IMG/VR virus record: IMGVR_UViG_2786546475_000019
Location: 974-64,973 of that record
DNA length: 64,000 nt
Reading direction: 5' to 3' (one strand)
DNA from: a virus
Shown here: in pieces, positions 17,758 to 28,899 of the stretch
Numbering within the stretch: the first letter of the stretch is position 1
How the letters are laid out: every line of letters starts with the position of its first letter
Program-made: the position numbers and the translations under genes
Notes under the pieces: generated by a model
Database searches by the model: none
Seen by the model: only the letters and a program-made list of their open reading frames with translations
Told to the model about the DNA's origin: nothing

Positions 17758-19122
17758 ATGGCTTCGCCTAACGATGCGTTGATTCCTGAGCTATGGGCCC
17801 AGGAAGCTATTAACTTGATGTGGGAAAATTTCCTTTTCGGGCAATTGTTCCACACCGAATTCAAAAACCAAATTGCTGTTGCTGGCGACGTGGTTAACAC
17901 CTCTCGACCTGTTCGGATGCGTGCTCACCGTAAGAACAGCGACATTCAAACTATCAATGACCAAACCGCACGTTCAACTAATATCAAAGTTGAACTGAAC
18001 CAGCAAATTTACGTTTCGTTCTTGCTGGGTTCACGGGACCGGTCTTTGAGTTTTGTTGACTTGACAAGCAAGTATCTTGTCGAAGCGATGCAAGCTCAAA
18101 TCCGAATGATCGATCGCTCGATTGCTGGACACATTGCATTGTTCTTGGCCAACGCAGTTGGTACTTCAGGAACTATCAGTGCGTCTAACGCTTACAACCA
18201 ACTCACGTTGGCTCGTAAGAAACTGAACGATTACAATGTTCCTGAGCCAAACCGTCGGTTTGTCTTTGGCAATCGTTCGGATATCGCGTTCTTGCAAGAT
18301 GATCGCTTTATCAATAGCGATTACAACGGCATGGGCGGTACAGCGGTTCGCGAAGCGTATCTTGGTCGAACTCTCGGCTTTGATATGTTCCGTTCGCCAA
18401 ACTTGCCTATGGCTGAGAACTGCCCTCAACAGTCGCCAACGACTGTTGACGGAGCGGCAGCAGCAGGAGCTACGACTATTGACGTAGCAACTGGTACAGC
18501 CCCAGCTGTGAACTCGTACATCGAGATCGCAGGGGAAGGTTCTCCAAACTTGGTCACGGGAGTTTCAACTGATACTCTCACCTTGAAGCGTCCTCTGCGT
18601 AACGCCGTTGCTGACGGTGCCGCAGTCAAGATTTTCTCTCAAGGTGCTGTGAATAACGCAGCAGGCCACGATGCTGGTGATAACTTTGACGCCAAGGCAA
18701 ACGGTTACGCTGCTAACTGGGCCGAGGACATTGCTGTTGACGGTAACGTCCCAGCAGTTGGTCAAATTATCTCGTTTGCTTCGCATGACGCCGAGTACGT
18801 TGTTGTGAATCTCGAAGGTAGCAACATTCTTTTGGATCGCCCATTGGAAGCTGCAATCGATGACAATGACACTGTTGCTTTGGCTGGTGACTTCGAATTG
18901 AACTTCGCGTTTAACCCGAAAGCTATCGGTATCATTTCCCGTCCATTGGCTGTGGAGATGGAAGGAACTGGCGTCCGTTCAGCAATCGCCGAAGGTTATG
19001 GCTTTGGTGTTCGCGTGGATATCGGTTTTGACGGGACCAAGCAAGCACAACGTGTGACCATCAGCTCGTTGCTCGGTCTCAAGCAGTTGGATGAAGAACG
19101 CGGAGTACCTCTCCTTGCGTAA
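17758..19122 (+). CDS. Major capsid protein (with a probable insertion domain)
   Basis: 454 aa, strong RBS (ggagatgaagt ATG), position after the scaffold, Ala/Gly-rich insertion. Confidence 0.55.
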   Translation: MASPNDALIPELWAQEAINLMWENFLFGQLFHTEFKNQIAVAGDVVNTSRPVRMRAHRKNSDIQTINDQTARSTNIKVELNQQIYVSFLLGSRDRSLSFVDLTSKYLVEAMQAQIRMIDRSIAGHIALFLANAVGTSGTISASNAYNQLTLARKKLNDYNVPEPNRRFVFGNRSDIAFLQDDRFINSDYNGMGGTAVREAYLGRTLGFDMFRSPNLPMAENCPQQSPTTVDGAAAAGATTIDVATGTAPAVNSYIEIAGEGSPNLVTGVSTDTLTLKRPLRNAVADGAAVKIFSQGAVNNAAGHDAGDNFDAKANGYAANWAEDIAVDGNVPAVGQIISFASHDAEYVVVNLEGSNILLDRPLEAAIDDNDTVALAGDFELNFAFNPKAIGIISRPLAVEMEGTGVRSAIAEGYGFGVRVDIGFDGTKQAQRVTISSLLGLKQLDEERGVPLLA

Positions 19123-19546
19123 TCAACGGCAAAGAATTGATAGGCTGCTGTATGCTCTGCAAAGGGCGTACAGTCAGCCCTGTCATTACGTGACAGTTAC
19201 TGGGGTGTCAACTGATTATGATACTGGAGCTATCTCCACTTCACAATCTGTGACACTTCATCCGCAGACTATCACGTTCCGTTCTAAATACGCACAGGAG
19301 CGACTTGCTAGCATTGGCCAATTATCATCTGGAGTTGAAGTCGCAGAACGAATGTTCGTTTTTCGAGGAAGCTCTTGGGAAGTAAACGAAAATGACTTTA
19401 TTGTGTATAACGGTAAAGCATTTGAGATTATTTCACATGATAACTTGGACGGAGCTGGCATGAGCTTTGCAACTAAATCCACTCAAAATGCGACTTTTAG
19501 CTTGTCTAAAACACACAGAGTGAGTGTTTATGTCTACGCAACTTAA
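19091..19546 (+). CDS. Head-tail connector/completion protein (putative)
   Basis: Position and size. Confidence 0.3.
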   Translation: MKNAEYLSLRNQRQRIDRLLYALQRAYSQPCHYVTVTGVSTDYDTGAISTSQSVTLHPQTITFRSKYAQERLASIGQLSSGVEVAERMFVFRGSSWEVNENDFIVYNGKAFEIISHDNLDGAGMSFATKSTQNATFSLSKTHRVSVYVYAT

Positions 19547-19976
19547 CGAAGTCTGGACCAAAGCTATCAAGCGGCGAGTCAATTTAGTTTGGCAGCCGAA
19601 ATTGGTAAATGTTTTAGTCCCAGAAGAACAACGACACTCCAAGGACTATAGTTCTTGGTTTGAAGTTAGAGTAGTCAATTTGCGATTTCGTGAACTCACT
19701 CACGGTTGTTGGAGAGCGAGTTTTGAAATCAGCATTTTAGTTATCTCTCCTGAGAGTGATAACATTTACACCCACGACGAAAGATCAGGTAAGGCAGCTT
19801 CCACAATGGTGGGCTGTTTTACCTTTTCGTCGGCGGGACTCGTACACTTTCAAAGAGTGCGAGAAGACGACGTGCAGATTCGAAACTTAGCTCGAAGGAG
19901 CCAAGGGTCGATTATTTTTGATTACGAAGTGATAGCCAAATACCAAGGAGATTTTGAGCATGGCCAGATCACCTAA
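19524..19976 (+). CDS. Head-tail joining protein (putative)
   Basis: Position and size. Confidence 0.3.
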   Translation: MFMSTQLNEVWTKAIKRRVNLVWQPKLVNVLVPEEQRHSKDYSSWFEVRVVNLRFRELTHGCWRASFEISILVISPESDNIYTHDERSGKAASTMVGCFTFSSAGLVHFQRVREDDVQIRNLARRSQGSIIFDYEVIAKYQGDFEHGQIT

Positions 19977-20463
19977 GATCGATTTGAAAAATGCTACCAT
20001 CAAGTTTCTTGACGGTACTGCTGTGACTCCACAAGAGTTGGAGTTGAAAGTTGATGATGGAAACATTACGTTCCAAAGTCAACGTGAAATTGAATACGTC
20101 CTTAATCGAGGCAAACTTGATTCAACGCGAGAAGGGGACGAAGTCCCAATGTCCGTAAGTATCAACTTGCGATGGGACGAAATTCGAGCCTCAACCGCTG
20201 ATTCTCATATGTCACCATATGAGTTTATCACTGGAGAGAATAAAGGATCAGCTGTTGTTTCAACAGGAGCTGATTGTGAACCGCTTGCCATTGATATCCA
20301 AGTTGTCTTGGGCCTCGACGCTTGTAGCGGTTCAAATGTTGAAGACGAAACAATCGTCTTTACTCAATTCCGTTACGAGTCTATTGACGGCGATGCATCT
20401 AACGGCACGTTGTCCGTGCAAGGACGATGCAATGCTAAACACCCAACTTCAACACGAGGGTAA
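19954..20463 (+). CDS. Putative major tail protein
   Basis: 169 aa, beta-rich, position three genes upstream of the TMP. Confidence 0.3.
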   Translation: MSMARSPKIDLKNATIKFLDGTAVTPQELELKVDDGNITFQSQREIEYVLNRGKLDSTREGDEVPMSVSINLRWDEIRASTADSHMSPYEFITGENKGSAVVSTGADCEPLAIDIQVVLGLDACSGSNVEDETIVFTQFRYESIDGDASNGTLSVQGRCNAKHPTSTRG

Positions 20464-21054
20464 TTGATGAAAATCAAGGGAACCAAACTTGGACCAGTGG
20501 GACGTCACCCTATCACTTTGTTTTTTACGGATAAAAAACTTGTGGTATGGGTGAAGCCCATTTCTGATGAAAGTGAACTACACGCAGTCTATCCAGCTCC
20601 TCAACCTCCAACTGTTACAAAACGAGGGCAGGAGCCAGTTCAGGATTTCAAAGATCCACGCTACTTGGAAGCTGCGAAAAAATATAATGAAATTCATACT
20701 ACTTGGATGCTTTGGCATTCTTTGGTAAATGCCACTTTGGACGAAGCCGGAGAGCAGCCAGCAGGTATTGAATTTGAAACTATCAAGTTGGAAGAACCTG
20801 AAACTCTTCTCAACATTGATAAAGAATTGCACGAAGTAATGACTAGCTTGACGGTCATGAAAGTGTTCAATGATATTATGCGAGCTAATGCACCTTCTGA
20901 AAAGACTTTTGATGAATCTCTTGAAGCTTTTCAACTAGCTCGTCAAGCGGGCGGACAGTCTTCATTCCTGAAGGACGAACCGGAGACTACGGAGCTTGGC
21001 GAGCGTGCGAGCGAGCGGGAATCGGATTCCCCGGAATTGGCGGAAAGTCAGTAA
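20464..21054 (+). CDS. Tail assembly chaperone-like protein (acidic C-terminus)
   Basis: Position before the TMP. C-terminus is Glu/Ser-rich. Confidence 0.35.
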   Translation: MMKIKGTKLGPVGRHPITLFFTDKKLVVWVKPISDESELHAVYPAPQPPTVTKRGQEPVQDFKDPRYLEAAKKYNEIHTTWMLWHSLVNATLDEAGEQPAGIEFETIKLEEPETLLNIDKELHEVMTSLTVMKVFNDIMRANAPSEKTFDESLEAFQLARQAGGQSSFLKDEPETTELGERASERESDSPELAESQ

Positions 21055-21135
21055 ATTGGGACGATCTTACTTGCTGGGAGCAGGAAAGATTATTAGCTTA
21101 CGATTTAGTCCGAGCAAAAGACGAGCAATTGAAAG

Positions 21136-21633
21136 ATGCTGAATTTCTCAAAAAACTTGCCCAGCTTACGATTAGATCGAAGTTTAGCTAATAAGACTTT
21201 TCGACGAGTTGCCGCCCAAGTTTGGAGAGAGTCTGCACGGGAATGGTTAAGGAGTATCATTGAAAACGTTCCAGTGGAGACTGGAATGGCCCGTGCGACT
21301 CTCATCCCTTTGGGTGAGTATTTGAATAATGTTGGAGGATTATCATTTTCAGCTACGCGACGACCTTACTACTCTAAACTAGAAGGTGGCGTTCAAAGCA
21401 TTGACTTAGGTATTGACTACACTGAATTTGAAATAGATGATGACGCATTAGACGGAACATTAAAGTTAATTTGGAACCCTCACACAATTCACTATTGGGT
21501 CGCGGGCTACTACAAAGGTAACGCAACTCCAGGTCCAGAGCTTCTTGATAACGCTGAATCTGTTTTCGAAGAAGCGTTTCAGACAAGAATGGACAAACGA
21601 CTTCCTGCTGCTCTTGACGAACTCATTAAGTAA
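21136..21633 (+). CDS. Tail assembly protein (putative)
   Basis: Directly upstream of the TMP. Confidence 0.3.
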   Translation: MLNFSKNLPSLRLDRSLANKTFRRVAAQVWRESAREWLRSIIENVPVETGMARATLIPLGEYLNNVGGLSFSATRRPYYSKLEGGVQSIDLGIDYTEFEIDDDALDGTLKLIWNPHTIHYWVAGYYKGNATPGPELLDNAESVFEEAFQTRMDKRLPAALDELIK

Positions 21634-21641
21634 GGATTGCA

Positions 21642-24600
21642 ATGGCCAAGCAATACGATATTGATACCCAACCTGCGATTAAAAGTCTCGCTGATTTAAC
21701 ATCAATGGTAGGGAAGCTGACTAAAAAGTCAGAAACTTATAATGATAGGCAACGTACCGCGAACCGAGCACTTAAAACTGCTGGGGATCGCCTTGTTACG
21801 TTTAAAGATAATGTCAAGCACGCTGCTTCCGGTGTTCGATCTTTGAACACGGCTCTTGACAAAATGGACACAACCAATGATAATTTCAACAAATTAAATA
21901 CGGCTGCTGGTGTTTTAGGCCGAAGACTAGATAGCTTAGAGACTAAAGCCGGAACTACTATCATTCGGTTGGGGGAATTACGCACAGCCGCAGGTCGAGC
22001 AGCAGGGGCTTTGGAGCGTGAAAAGAAAATCATTGGAGAGTTAAACAGCTCTCTAAGTCAAATGAACCAACGCTTCAAGCGTATGGTTCAAATCTTTGAT
22101 GATAAGAACCAAAAGTTGAATCTGCAACAAAGGGCAATGCTGGCAGACGCTAGAGCCATGGGCCAAGGTACTAAGTCTGCTAACCTGCTCTCTCGTACTT
22201 TGCGACGATTGAGAGATATTGTCGGAACGTTCGCAGGATATGGAGCTTTGTTCCTTATCACTAACGAGCTACGTCAATCCATTGGTTCCGCAAAAGAATA
22301 CGCTAAAGCCATTTCCGAGATTAGAACAATCTCGGACCGAGCTGCAGTCTCCAGTCAAGAGTGGACCAATAAGCTTTTAGAACAGTCTAATGCGTATGGC
22401 TTTACGTTTCTGGATCAAGCCGAAGCTGCGTATCAATCTCTTTCGAATCAGGTCACCAACGCTGGTGATACTTTTGCTTTCTTGCGGTCAGAAGCTGCTT
22501 TGTCTATGGTAGCAGTTTCTTCGTTGGAAGCTGCAACTAACTCAACAACTGCTACATTGAACGCGTTTGGAGACTCGGCAGGAGCTGCTAGTCGCGTGAA
22601 CGCAATTCTGTTTAAGACGGTTGAAGAAGGTCGTATCCGCTTGGAAGACATGGCGAATACAATTGGTCGTGTTTCGATTCTATCATCCCAACTTAACATT
22701 AGCTTTACGGAACAACAAGCTGCTTTGACTCAACTAACAAAGCTTGGTGTACGGACCGAAGAAGCTATGACATTGTTGCGTAACGTCGAACTTAAATTGT
22801 TGAAGCCGTCGGAACGAATGTCTGAGCTGTTCAAAGAGTGGGGCTTTACCTCAGGTCAAGCAGCAGTTGAGACGTTAGGATTGGCTGGCGTCATGGAGAA
22901 GTTTGTCGAAACTGCTAAACAAAATGGCGACGTAGCCGCAGAGCTGGGTGATATTTTCAATCGCTTGAGGGCTATTGTCGGTGTCGCTGGTTTGACTCAA
23001 GCCTCATTAACTGAGGAAATGGAGAAGTTTGAGAACGCGTCGGAAAGTGCTTTAGGTGCTTTCTTGGAGCGAATTAACTCAATTGATACTAGAGCTAATC
23101 GCCAAATTCAACAGTTTAAGAATACGTTTGTTTCGGAGTTTGGGGCTCCTATTCTTAAAGTTCTTGTTGAGACCGCCGAAGGTATGGGCGGCATGGAAGC
23201 TGCAACAATTCAATTGATTCGCAACTTGAAACAGCTAGTGACAATTGGCGGAACTGTAGCCACGGCCCTTGGCGTCTTGGCCACAGGTCGTGGAGTTTAC
23301 GCCCAAGTTACGTACTGGACTAACCAGTACCGGATTGCCACTCTAGCAAATACAGCGGCTTTGTCGGCGGAACAAGTGGCATTAGTTCAAGCGTCAAGGG
23401 CTCGGATTGCCTACGCTTTGACTTCGCTAGGTGTGGCGGGGGGCGTAGCGTTAATTGCATATCAAATATATCAAGCCACTCAAGCTCACGAAGACTACGC
23501 GTCAAGTGTAAGACAAGCTGCTGCTGAGTTCCGTAACAACTTTGGACCGGACGGGCTTAAAGCTTATGAAACGCTTAATGTCGAAATCAACAACACTACC
23601 GAAGCAGCTCTAAAGCAAACACGAGCAATGCGTAGGGCCTTTGGAGAAAGTGCCGCCGCTATTACTCGCAACTTGAACGCGTTAGAAGCGGCAAATGATA
23701 GTACCATTAACGCACTAGACGAATCTATCTCCGCCTACGTTGATAAGATGGAGTCTAAGTTCCAGAAGATTCTTCGGGAAAGTGCCAAGATTTCAGCCAA
23801 GCTAGCTAATAATATTGCTCAAGGTACAGCGGCCACACAACAAGTTGATCTTAGCTTACGTGTGCGTCGACAAGTATCTAATATCAACCAAGGTGCTGAC
23901 CCTTTAATGGGGTACAAAAAGCTGTTCAAGCAGCTTGAGGCTGAGGCTTTTGCAGCTCTTGATAAAGGAGATAAACAACGAGCAGATAATCTGTTTGCAG
24001 AAGTTGACAAGCTAGTTTCTGAGTATCGCAAACGATACACTAATATTAAAGCTCCGACGCTCCCTATTCCAACTATTCCTGCGAACGCTACGCCGATGAT
24101 GCGTAGGCGATATCGAGGATACATTGAAAACATCAAAAAGCAAAATGCTGAGATTAAGAAAGCAACTGCTGATGATAAAGCGGAACTTAACCGAAAATTT
24201 GAAGAAGGTCAAATTAAGTTTTATCAACGACGTAATGATAAAATCAAAGAATACATTGAACTTCTTAAGAAACAAAAAGCTGCCGAGGATAAAGCTCGTG
24301 AAGTAATGACTCAAAAGTTTAAAACTTTTGAAAATATTTTCGAACAAGTTGATGAAGCTAAGACGGGAGACGAAGTTCGATCTCTTACTAATAAATTCAA
24401 AACAGCTTCCGCTGGTGTTCTGGACCCAACGGAACGTCTTAAGTTTATTCGGGACTTGAACCAGAAAGCCCTCGCTTTAGACGAGAAAGCAGAGATTGAG
24501 CGTAAACGAGTTCTGGTTGCACGGGCCAAAGAAACCCAAGAGGCGTACTTAAAGACTCGCGACGAATTGATAAAACGTCAAGAAGAAGCTCGACGTAAGC

Positions 24601-25241
24601 TCAATGAGTCCTTGACTATTAACTTAACAGACGGGGAGTTTGCAGATCGGTTTGCTAATAAAGATAAAGCGTTACAAACCATAATTAAAGACGCCCAAAA
24701 ACAAATTAGGCGATCCAAAGCTAGGTTAACTCCGGGTTGGCTTGTAAAGGAAGACAGCATTAGAGCGGAGAAGTTGACTCTGCGAGAAGCTGAACAGACT
24801 TTAAAAAGGGCTATGGCTCAACAAAAAACTCTTAAAGATCTTTATCGCCAAGTTAAGGACTTTAACCTCAAGCCTACTGATAAAAAAGCCGAAGCTTTGA
24901 TGGATACTTTAGGTAACCTTCCAGGTTTCGAAAAGTTTACTAATAAGATTGGGCAAGCAGCTGATGAAGTGAACCGGTTACGTAACCTTTCGCTCCAACC
25001 ATTTGATTTGAAAATTGACGCTGACGCCAGTTTGGAAACAATTCGAAAATTGCAGAAAAATATAGACATGTTGCGAGAAGGGTTGGAGTTGACACCAATT
25101 AATTTTGCTCCGCTTCAACAACCTACTACTCAAAACAACATTACGTTCAACGTATCTCCGGGCCAAGGACCAGATGCTTTGGTGGCGGACGTTACTGATA
25201 AAATTTACGATGCCTTTAGACGAGGATTGATAAACGTATGA
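21642..25241 (+). CDS. Tail tape measure protein (1199 aa)
   Basis: Very long, alpha-helical/coiled-coil, Ala/Leu/Lys/Glu-rich. Has a central hydrophobic stretch. Canonical position. Confidence 0.75.
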   Translation: MAKQYDIDTQPAIKSLADLTSMVGKLTKKSETYNDRQRTANRALKTAGDRLVTFKDNVKHAASGVRSLNTALDKMDTTNDNFNKLNTAAGVLGRRLDSLETKAGTTIIRLGELRTAAGRAAGALEREKKIIGELNSSLSQMNQRFKRMVQIFDDKNQKLNLQQRAMLADARAMGQGTKSANLLSRTLRRLRDIVGTFAGYGALFLITNELRQSIGSAKEYAKAISEIRTISDRAAVSSQEWTNKLLEQSNAYGFTFLDQAEAAYQSLSNQVTNAGDTFAFLRSEAALSMVAVSSLEAATNSTTATLNAFGDSAGAASRVNAILFKTVEEGRIRLEDMANTIGRVSILSSQLNISFTEQQAALTQLTKLGVRTEEAMTLLRNVELKLLKPSERMSELFKEWGFTSGQAAVETLGLAGVMEKFVETAKQNGDVAAELGDIFNRLRAIVGVAGLTQASLTEEMEKFENASESALGAFLERINSIDTRANRQIQQFKNTFVSEFGAPILKVLVETAEGMGGMEAATIQLIRNLKQLVTIGGTVATALGVLATGRGVYAQVTYWTNQYRIATLANTAALSAEQVALVQASRARIAYALTSLGVAGGVALIAYQIYQATQAHEDYASSVRQAAAEFRNNFGPDGLKAYETLNVEINNTTEAALKQTRAMRRAFGESAAAITRNLNALEAANDSTINALDESISAYVDKMESKFQKILRESAKISAKLANNIAQGTAATQQVDLSLRVRRQVSNINQGADPLMGYKKLFKQLEAEAFAALDKGDKQRADNLFAEVDKLVSEYRKRYTNIKAPTLPIPTIPANATPMMRRRYRGYIENIKKQNAEIKKATADDKAELNRKFEEGQIKFYQRRNDKIKEYIELLKKQKAAEDKAREVMTQKFKTFENIFEQVDEAKTGDEVRSLTNKFKTASAGVLDPTERLKFIRDLNQKALALDEKAEIERKRVLVARAKETQEAYLKTRDELIKRQEEARRKLNESLTINLTDGEFADRFANKDKALQTIIKDAQKQIRRSKARLTPGWLVKEDSIRAEKLTLREAEQTLKRAMAQQKTLKDLYRQVKDFNLKPTDKKAEALMDTLGNLPGFEKFTNKIGQAADEVNRLRNLSLQPFDLKIDADASLETIRKLQKNIDMLREGLELTPINFAPLQQPTTQNNITFNVSPGQGPDALVADVTDKIYDAFRRGLINV

Positions 25242-25564
25242 TATTTGCCTTGGAAACTATCACGGATCTTTATGGTCACTTGTTGTCCGCCCCAATGTTG
25301 TGCGGATTGATTACAGAGGAATTACCGACCTCATCAGATTCATGGGCCCTGAAGCCTTGGACTGCATCACAAGAGAAATCAATAGACGGTTCAGTCGTAG
25401 ACGATAAAATTATTTTTGATGATGTGTCGTTTACCTTGGAGTCTAACATCAAGGGCTTCTATATTCGTCATGCGTCTCGTTTGATATTTACAGACACTTT
25501 GGACCTTGGTTCAGAAACTGAATTTACCGTGTCGCCCCAATTCTCAATTATCAACGTGAGCTAA
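25238..25564 (+). CDS. Minor tail protein (M-like position)
   Basis: Position after the TMP. Confidence 0.35.
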   Translation: MIFALETITDLYGHLLSAPMLCGLITEELPTSSDSWALKPWTASQEKSIDGSVVDDKIIFDDVSFTLESNIKGFYIRHASRLIFTDTLDLGSETEFTVSPQFSIINVS

Positions 25565-25567
25565 CTC

Positions 25568-25921
25568 ATGTCTTGCCTAACTGAACGAGCAAACGATGTA
25601 TTGTTTGGAGCAACATCTGTTCGCAAACCTGAGTTTAATAATCAAAATCAATATGATAAAATGGTGGACGAGTACCGTACTCCAAACGGTCCCACCATTT
25701 TTATTGACCAAGATTGTTTAGAAGATAAACACGATCTTAGATTCCACCAACAAGATTGGACCACGATCTTTGAATTTTGGCTAGCAAACAAAGGCATCAT
25801 TTTTACGTACACTGACCATCACGATATTGAACACAATGCTTTGTTTCGGCGAGGTCCCCGTATCGTAGAGAAGCACGACGATTGTACGTACAACGTTCAA
25901 GTGGAGTTGCAGTATGTTTAG
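25568..25921 (+). CDS. Minor tail protein (L-like position)
   Basis: Position. Confidence 0.35.
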   Translation: MSCLTERANDVLFGATSVRKPEFNNQNQYDKMVDEYRTPNGPTIFIDQDCLEDKHDLRFHQQDWTTIFEFWLANKGIIFTYTDHHDIEHNALFRRGPRIVEKHDDCTYNVQVELQYV

Positions 25922-26231
25922 TATTGATGGAATTGACGTTCCGATGCCAAAACGAGGGAACTCGTTTGAAGATACAACGCAAATTATCATCCAGCAAACT
26001 GAGGATGATAGTGTCCACACGCAAATCAAAGATGGTGAAATTATTCGCCAGATGCAGTGTGAAGTTCCAAATGATGTTTACGACCAAATAAAAACTAAGA
26101 GAGGCACAGAAGTAGCTTTAATCTTTGACGACTATTCGGAAAATGTCACAATGATGTTTGACGCATCCCCTAACTTCCAACGCACTCTTTGGAATGTGAG
26201 TTTTACTTTCTATGAGAAATATAGCAGTTAA
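25914..26231 (+). CDS. Minor tail protein
   Basis: Position. Confidence 0.35.
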   Translation: MFSIDGIDVPMPKRGNSFEDTTQIIIQQTEDDSVHTQIKDGEIIRQMQCEVPNDVYDQIKTKRGTEVALIFDDYSENVTMMFDASPNFQRTLWNVSFTFYEKYSS

Positions 26232-28899
26232 CCAATACGGCCATTCTTCAAAGATTGAAATTGATTTGAATGGCATGTTATACGAACCTCTTAAAATTGG
26301 TACACTGTCTCAAACCAGTGTAAACGCCACCCGTGATGTTGCAACTATTGAAGTTGTACTTCACGGTACTATTGATATTGCTTTTGAAGCTCCGTGTGCT
26401 GTAAAGTATAACGGAGAAATTTTATTTAAGGGCATTGTTGATACTCCGATTCGGCAAGAACGAGGCGTAACCAAATTCCGAGTTATTCAACAAGTGGAAG
26501 CAGAGGAAGTTGGCTTTGCTCCAGAAGAAAGTGAACTTGACTTGATAAATGAGTTCACTCCGTGGCCTATGGGTTTCGGAAGTCCGGTATACGCTAAGAC
26601 CGTCAAGGTCCGTAAACAACCTACAACCAGCACTGAGACTAACATCTGTTTGATAAATCTTGAGCTAGTTGAACGACGCGACCAGCTTCTAGACGCAATA
26701 AATCGTGGGTTATTTATCATTAACTATTGGCGAACTGCTGCGGATAAGCAAGTCAATCCTAATGCTGAAACAACATTAAACCAATACATTGCAGTTCTCA
26801 CTACAGGAGAAGCTCAAAATATCCTCTGGGCTGAAGCTCGTAATTTGCTTCAACAACGTCAAGATGATCTGAACAAACATCCAAACGACATTGATACGCT
26901 AACTGAATTTTACAATCAGCAAGATGAAGTAGCTTCTTTAAGTGATACTATTAACGCTTTGCTTCAAAGCAAAGTAACGCTAGAGGACCATATACAGTTC
27001 CTACGCTTCATGGCTCGTATGAAGCGATATGCAGTTGATAACATGCTTAAGATTTGGAAGCAGCTTCGCATATGGACTTACGAGTATTTTGAGCTTGCGT
27101 TACAAATCTGTGAACAAGAACGGTGTGCTCAACCTGTTCATTACGTTGAAGACTCTAGGGACTTTCCTCAGAACACTGATGTTGATGTTCGGATCAATGA
27201 CTTCATTTTTACTGTCCAGTTCGACGGTAAAAAGATGACAGGTATCAGTGGCCCGAACCCTGAACAAGAGAACCTAACAGTTAGCCCACATCGAGAGGAC
27301 GATGCTCCGTGTTCCGAGTACGAGTTTTTCAACGGTGTCAACGTATTTTACACTCCCGCTATCGGCCTAGAAAATACTTGGTGTTTGGTCAAAGACACCA
27401 GCGACAATTATCACGTTATCTACGTCGAGAAGCAAGAAGATGATAAGTGCACGTTTCGAGTTGTTCCATGGTCCGGGGAGCGTTTTAAACAAGCACAGTC
27501 TCAATCTCTTGAAGCGGCAACTTTACAGTTAGCCGACGCTCCAATTTATGATATTTTAAGAGACGGAGTAAACTCGTCTCTTTACCAAAGTCAAGCGTTT
27601 AATCCTAATACATGGCTTGACCGTAAATCAGCTGACTACATTCAAGCTATCGCTCCGTTGTCAAATCCCGGACCAGACGTTCGTCGAAACATTGCTATGC
27701 TGGTCCACTTAAAGAAGTTTGATAACCTTAACGGTTTAGTGATTCCGGACCCTCAGCCTAGGGACATTTACACTATCATTGGGGAAGATATTGCTAGCAT
27801 TGAGCAAGTAGCCTCCCGTCCGTTACCTTCTTGGTATGACTATAATTTGATACCAGAAGAACTTCCTGAATTAGAAAACTGGGAAGCTCCTCCCGGCACC
27901 GAAGTCACAATGGACACTTGTGAAATTTACGCCATTAACACAATTCAATCTCAAGTTCATGGAGTTTATGCTTATTTCACGGATCGAGATAAGAAAAGTT
28001 TACGGGCCCTTCCTGAAAGTTATTATGAGATTGAGACAGAGGACTTAGGCACGTTACGTCCAACTCTTTTAAAGCTTCGGCGACCTTTGCCAAGTAATTG
28101 GGATAAAGAGATTTACGCCACCTACACGTCCAAAGTTGGACCAAACGTGGCAGATATCTTACGATACATTATCAATAAGTACACTGATAAAACACCAAAT
28201 TCGTCTTTTGATACTGTCAAAGAGTACCTCGTAAACTACCCTGCTAACTTTGTAGTGTATGATCGTCCTGACGCTCTTTCGCTGATAAATCGTATTTGTC
28301 GCGAAGCTCGCTGTGCGGTCACGTTAAGAGACGACCAGTTCCACTTGACTTACCTTTCCCGAGTTCCAGGCTCTGACGGCATTGGATTCACTTCTAGCAC
28401 TGTGTTGAAGAAATCACGCTCAGTAAGAGTTTCTAAAGTTGAAGATATTATCACTCGGTACAATGTTACGTGGACGCCGAACGGACTGCCCATTGAACCT
28501 GAGAAGCTTGTCTTGCGACATAATGTTGGCAAGTACGGGTTAAAAGATAATGACTACGATTTCCTGATTTATGACCAGTATGACTTGGTGCATAAAACAA
28601 TTAACTTCTGGTTGATTCGCAACTCAGAAATTTATCAATTTTGGAAAGGCAATTTAACAATTGGTGGCATCAACTATCAATTGCTTGATGAGCTGTCTAA
28701 TGGCGTTGGAACGGGTAGAGTACAGTCTTGGGAATACGCTCATGATACTCGGACCGTTACTGTTGAAGTAAACACTGGAATTCCTTACAACGAAGACGCG
28801 GTAAATCAATATTACTGGCCGTCTCAAATTGATGCTGAACTTATCTGGCCAAATGAAGCTGACACCACTGGAGTAACAGGAACAATCGAATGCCCGTAG
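26212..28899 (+). CDS. Tail tip / host-specificity (J-like) protein, 895 aa
   Basis: Large ORF after the small tail genes. Confidence 0.5.
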   Translation: MRNIAVNQYGHSSKIEIDLNGMLYEPLKIGTLSQTSVNATRDVATIEVVLHGTIDIAFEAPCAVKYNGEILFKGIVDTPIRQERGVTKFRVIQQVEAEEVGFAPEESELDLINEFTPWPMGFGSPVYAKTVKVRKQPTTSTETNICLINLELVERRDQLLDAINRGLFIINYWRTAADKQVNPNAETTLNQYIAVLTTGEAQNILWAEARNLLQQRQDDLNKHPNDIDTLTEFYNQQDEVASLSDTINALLQSKVTLEDHIQFLRFMARMKRYAVDNMLKIWKQLRIWTYEYFELALQICEQERCAQPVHYVEDSRDFPQNTDVDVRINDFIFTVQFDGKKMTGISGPNPEQENLTVSPHREDDAPCSEYEFFNGVNVFYTPAIGLENTWCLVKDTSDNYHVIYVEKQEDDKCTFRVVPWSGERFKQAQSQSLEAATLQLADAPIYDILRDGVNSSLYQSQAFNPNTWLDRKSADYIQAIAPLSNPGPDVRRNIAMLVHLKKFDNLNGLVIPDPQPRDIYTIIGEDIASIEQVASRPLPSWYDYNLIPEELPELENWEAPPGTEVTMDTCEIYAINTIQSQVHGVYAYFTDRDKKSLRALPESYYEIETEDLGTLRPTLLKLRRPLPSNWDKEIYATYTSKVGPNVADILRYIINKYTDKTPNSSFDTVKEYLVNYPANFVVYDRPDALSLINRICREARCAVTLRDDQFHLTYLSRVPGSDGIGFTSSTVLKKSRSVRVSKVEDIITRYNVTWTPNGLPIEPEKLVLRHNVGKYGLKDNDYDFLIYDQYDLVHKTINFWLIRNSEIYQFWKGNLTIGGINYQLLDELSNGVGTGRVQSWEYAHDTRTVTVEVNTGIPYNEDAVNQYYWPSQIDAELIWPNEADTTGVTGTIECP

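Noticed and set aside
20464-21633. Programmed -1 frameshift between tail chaperone genes (G/GT-like)
   Set aside because: The two ORFs are separated by an 81-bp gap and do not overlap. No slippery heptamer is evident.
21642-25241. Multiple antisense ORFs (60-111 aa) inside the tape-measure gene and similar nested ORFs elsewhere, e.g. 1651..1977, 35783..36169 and 42091..42324
   Set aside because: They lie embedded in long well-supported genes, lack RBSs and have odd composition. They are most likely spurious.
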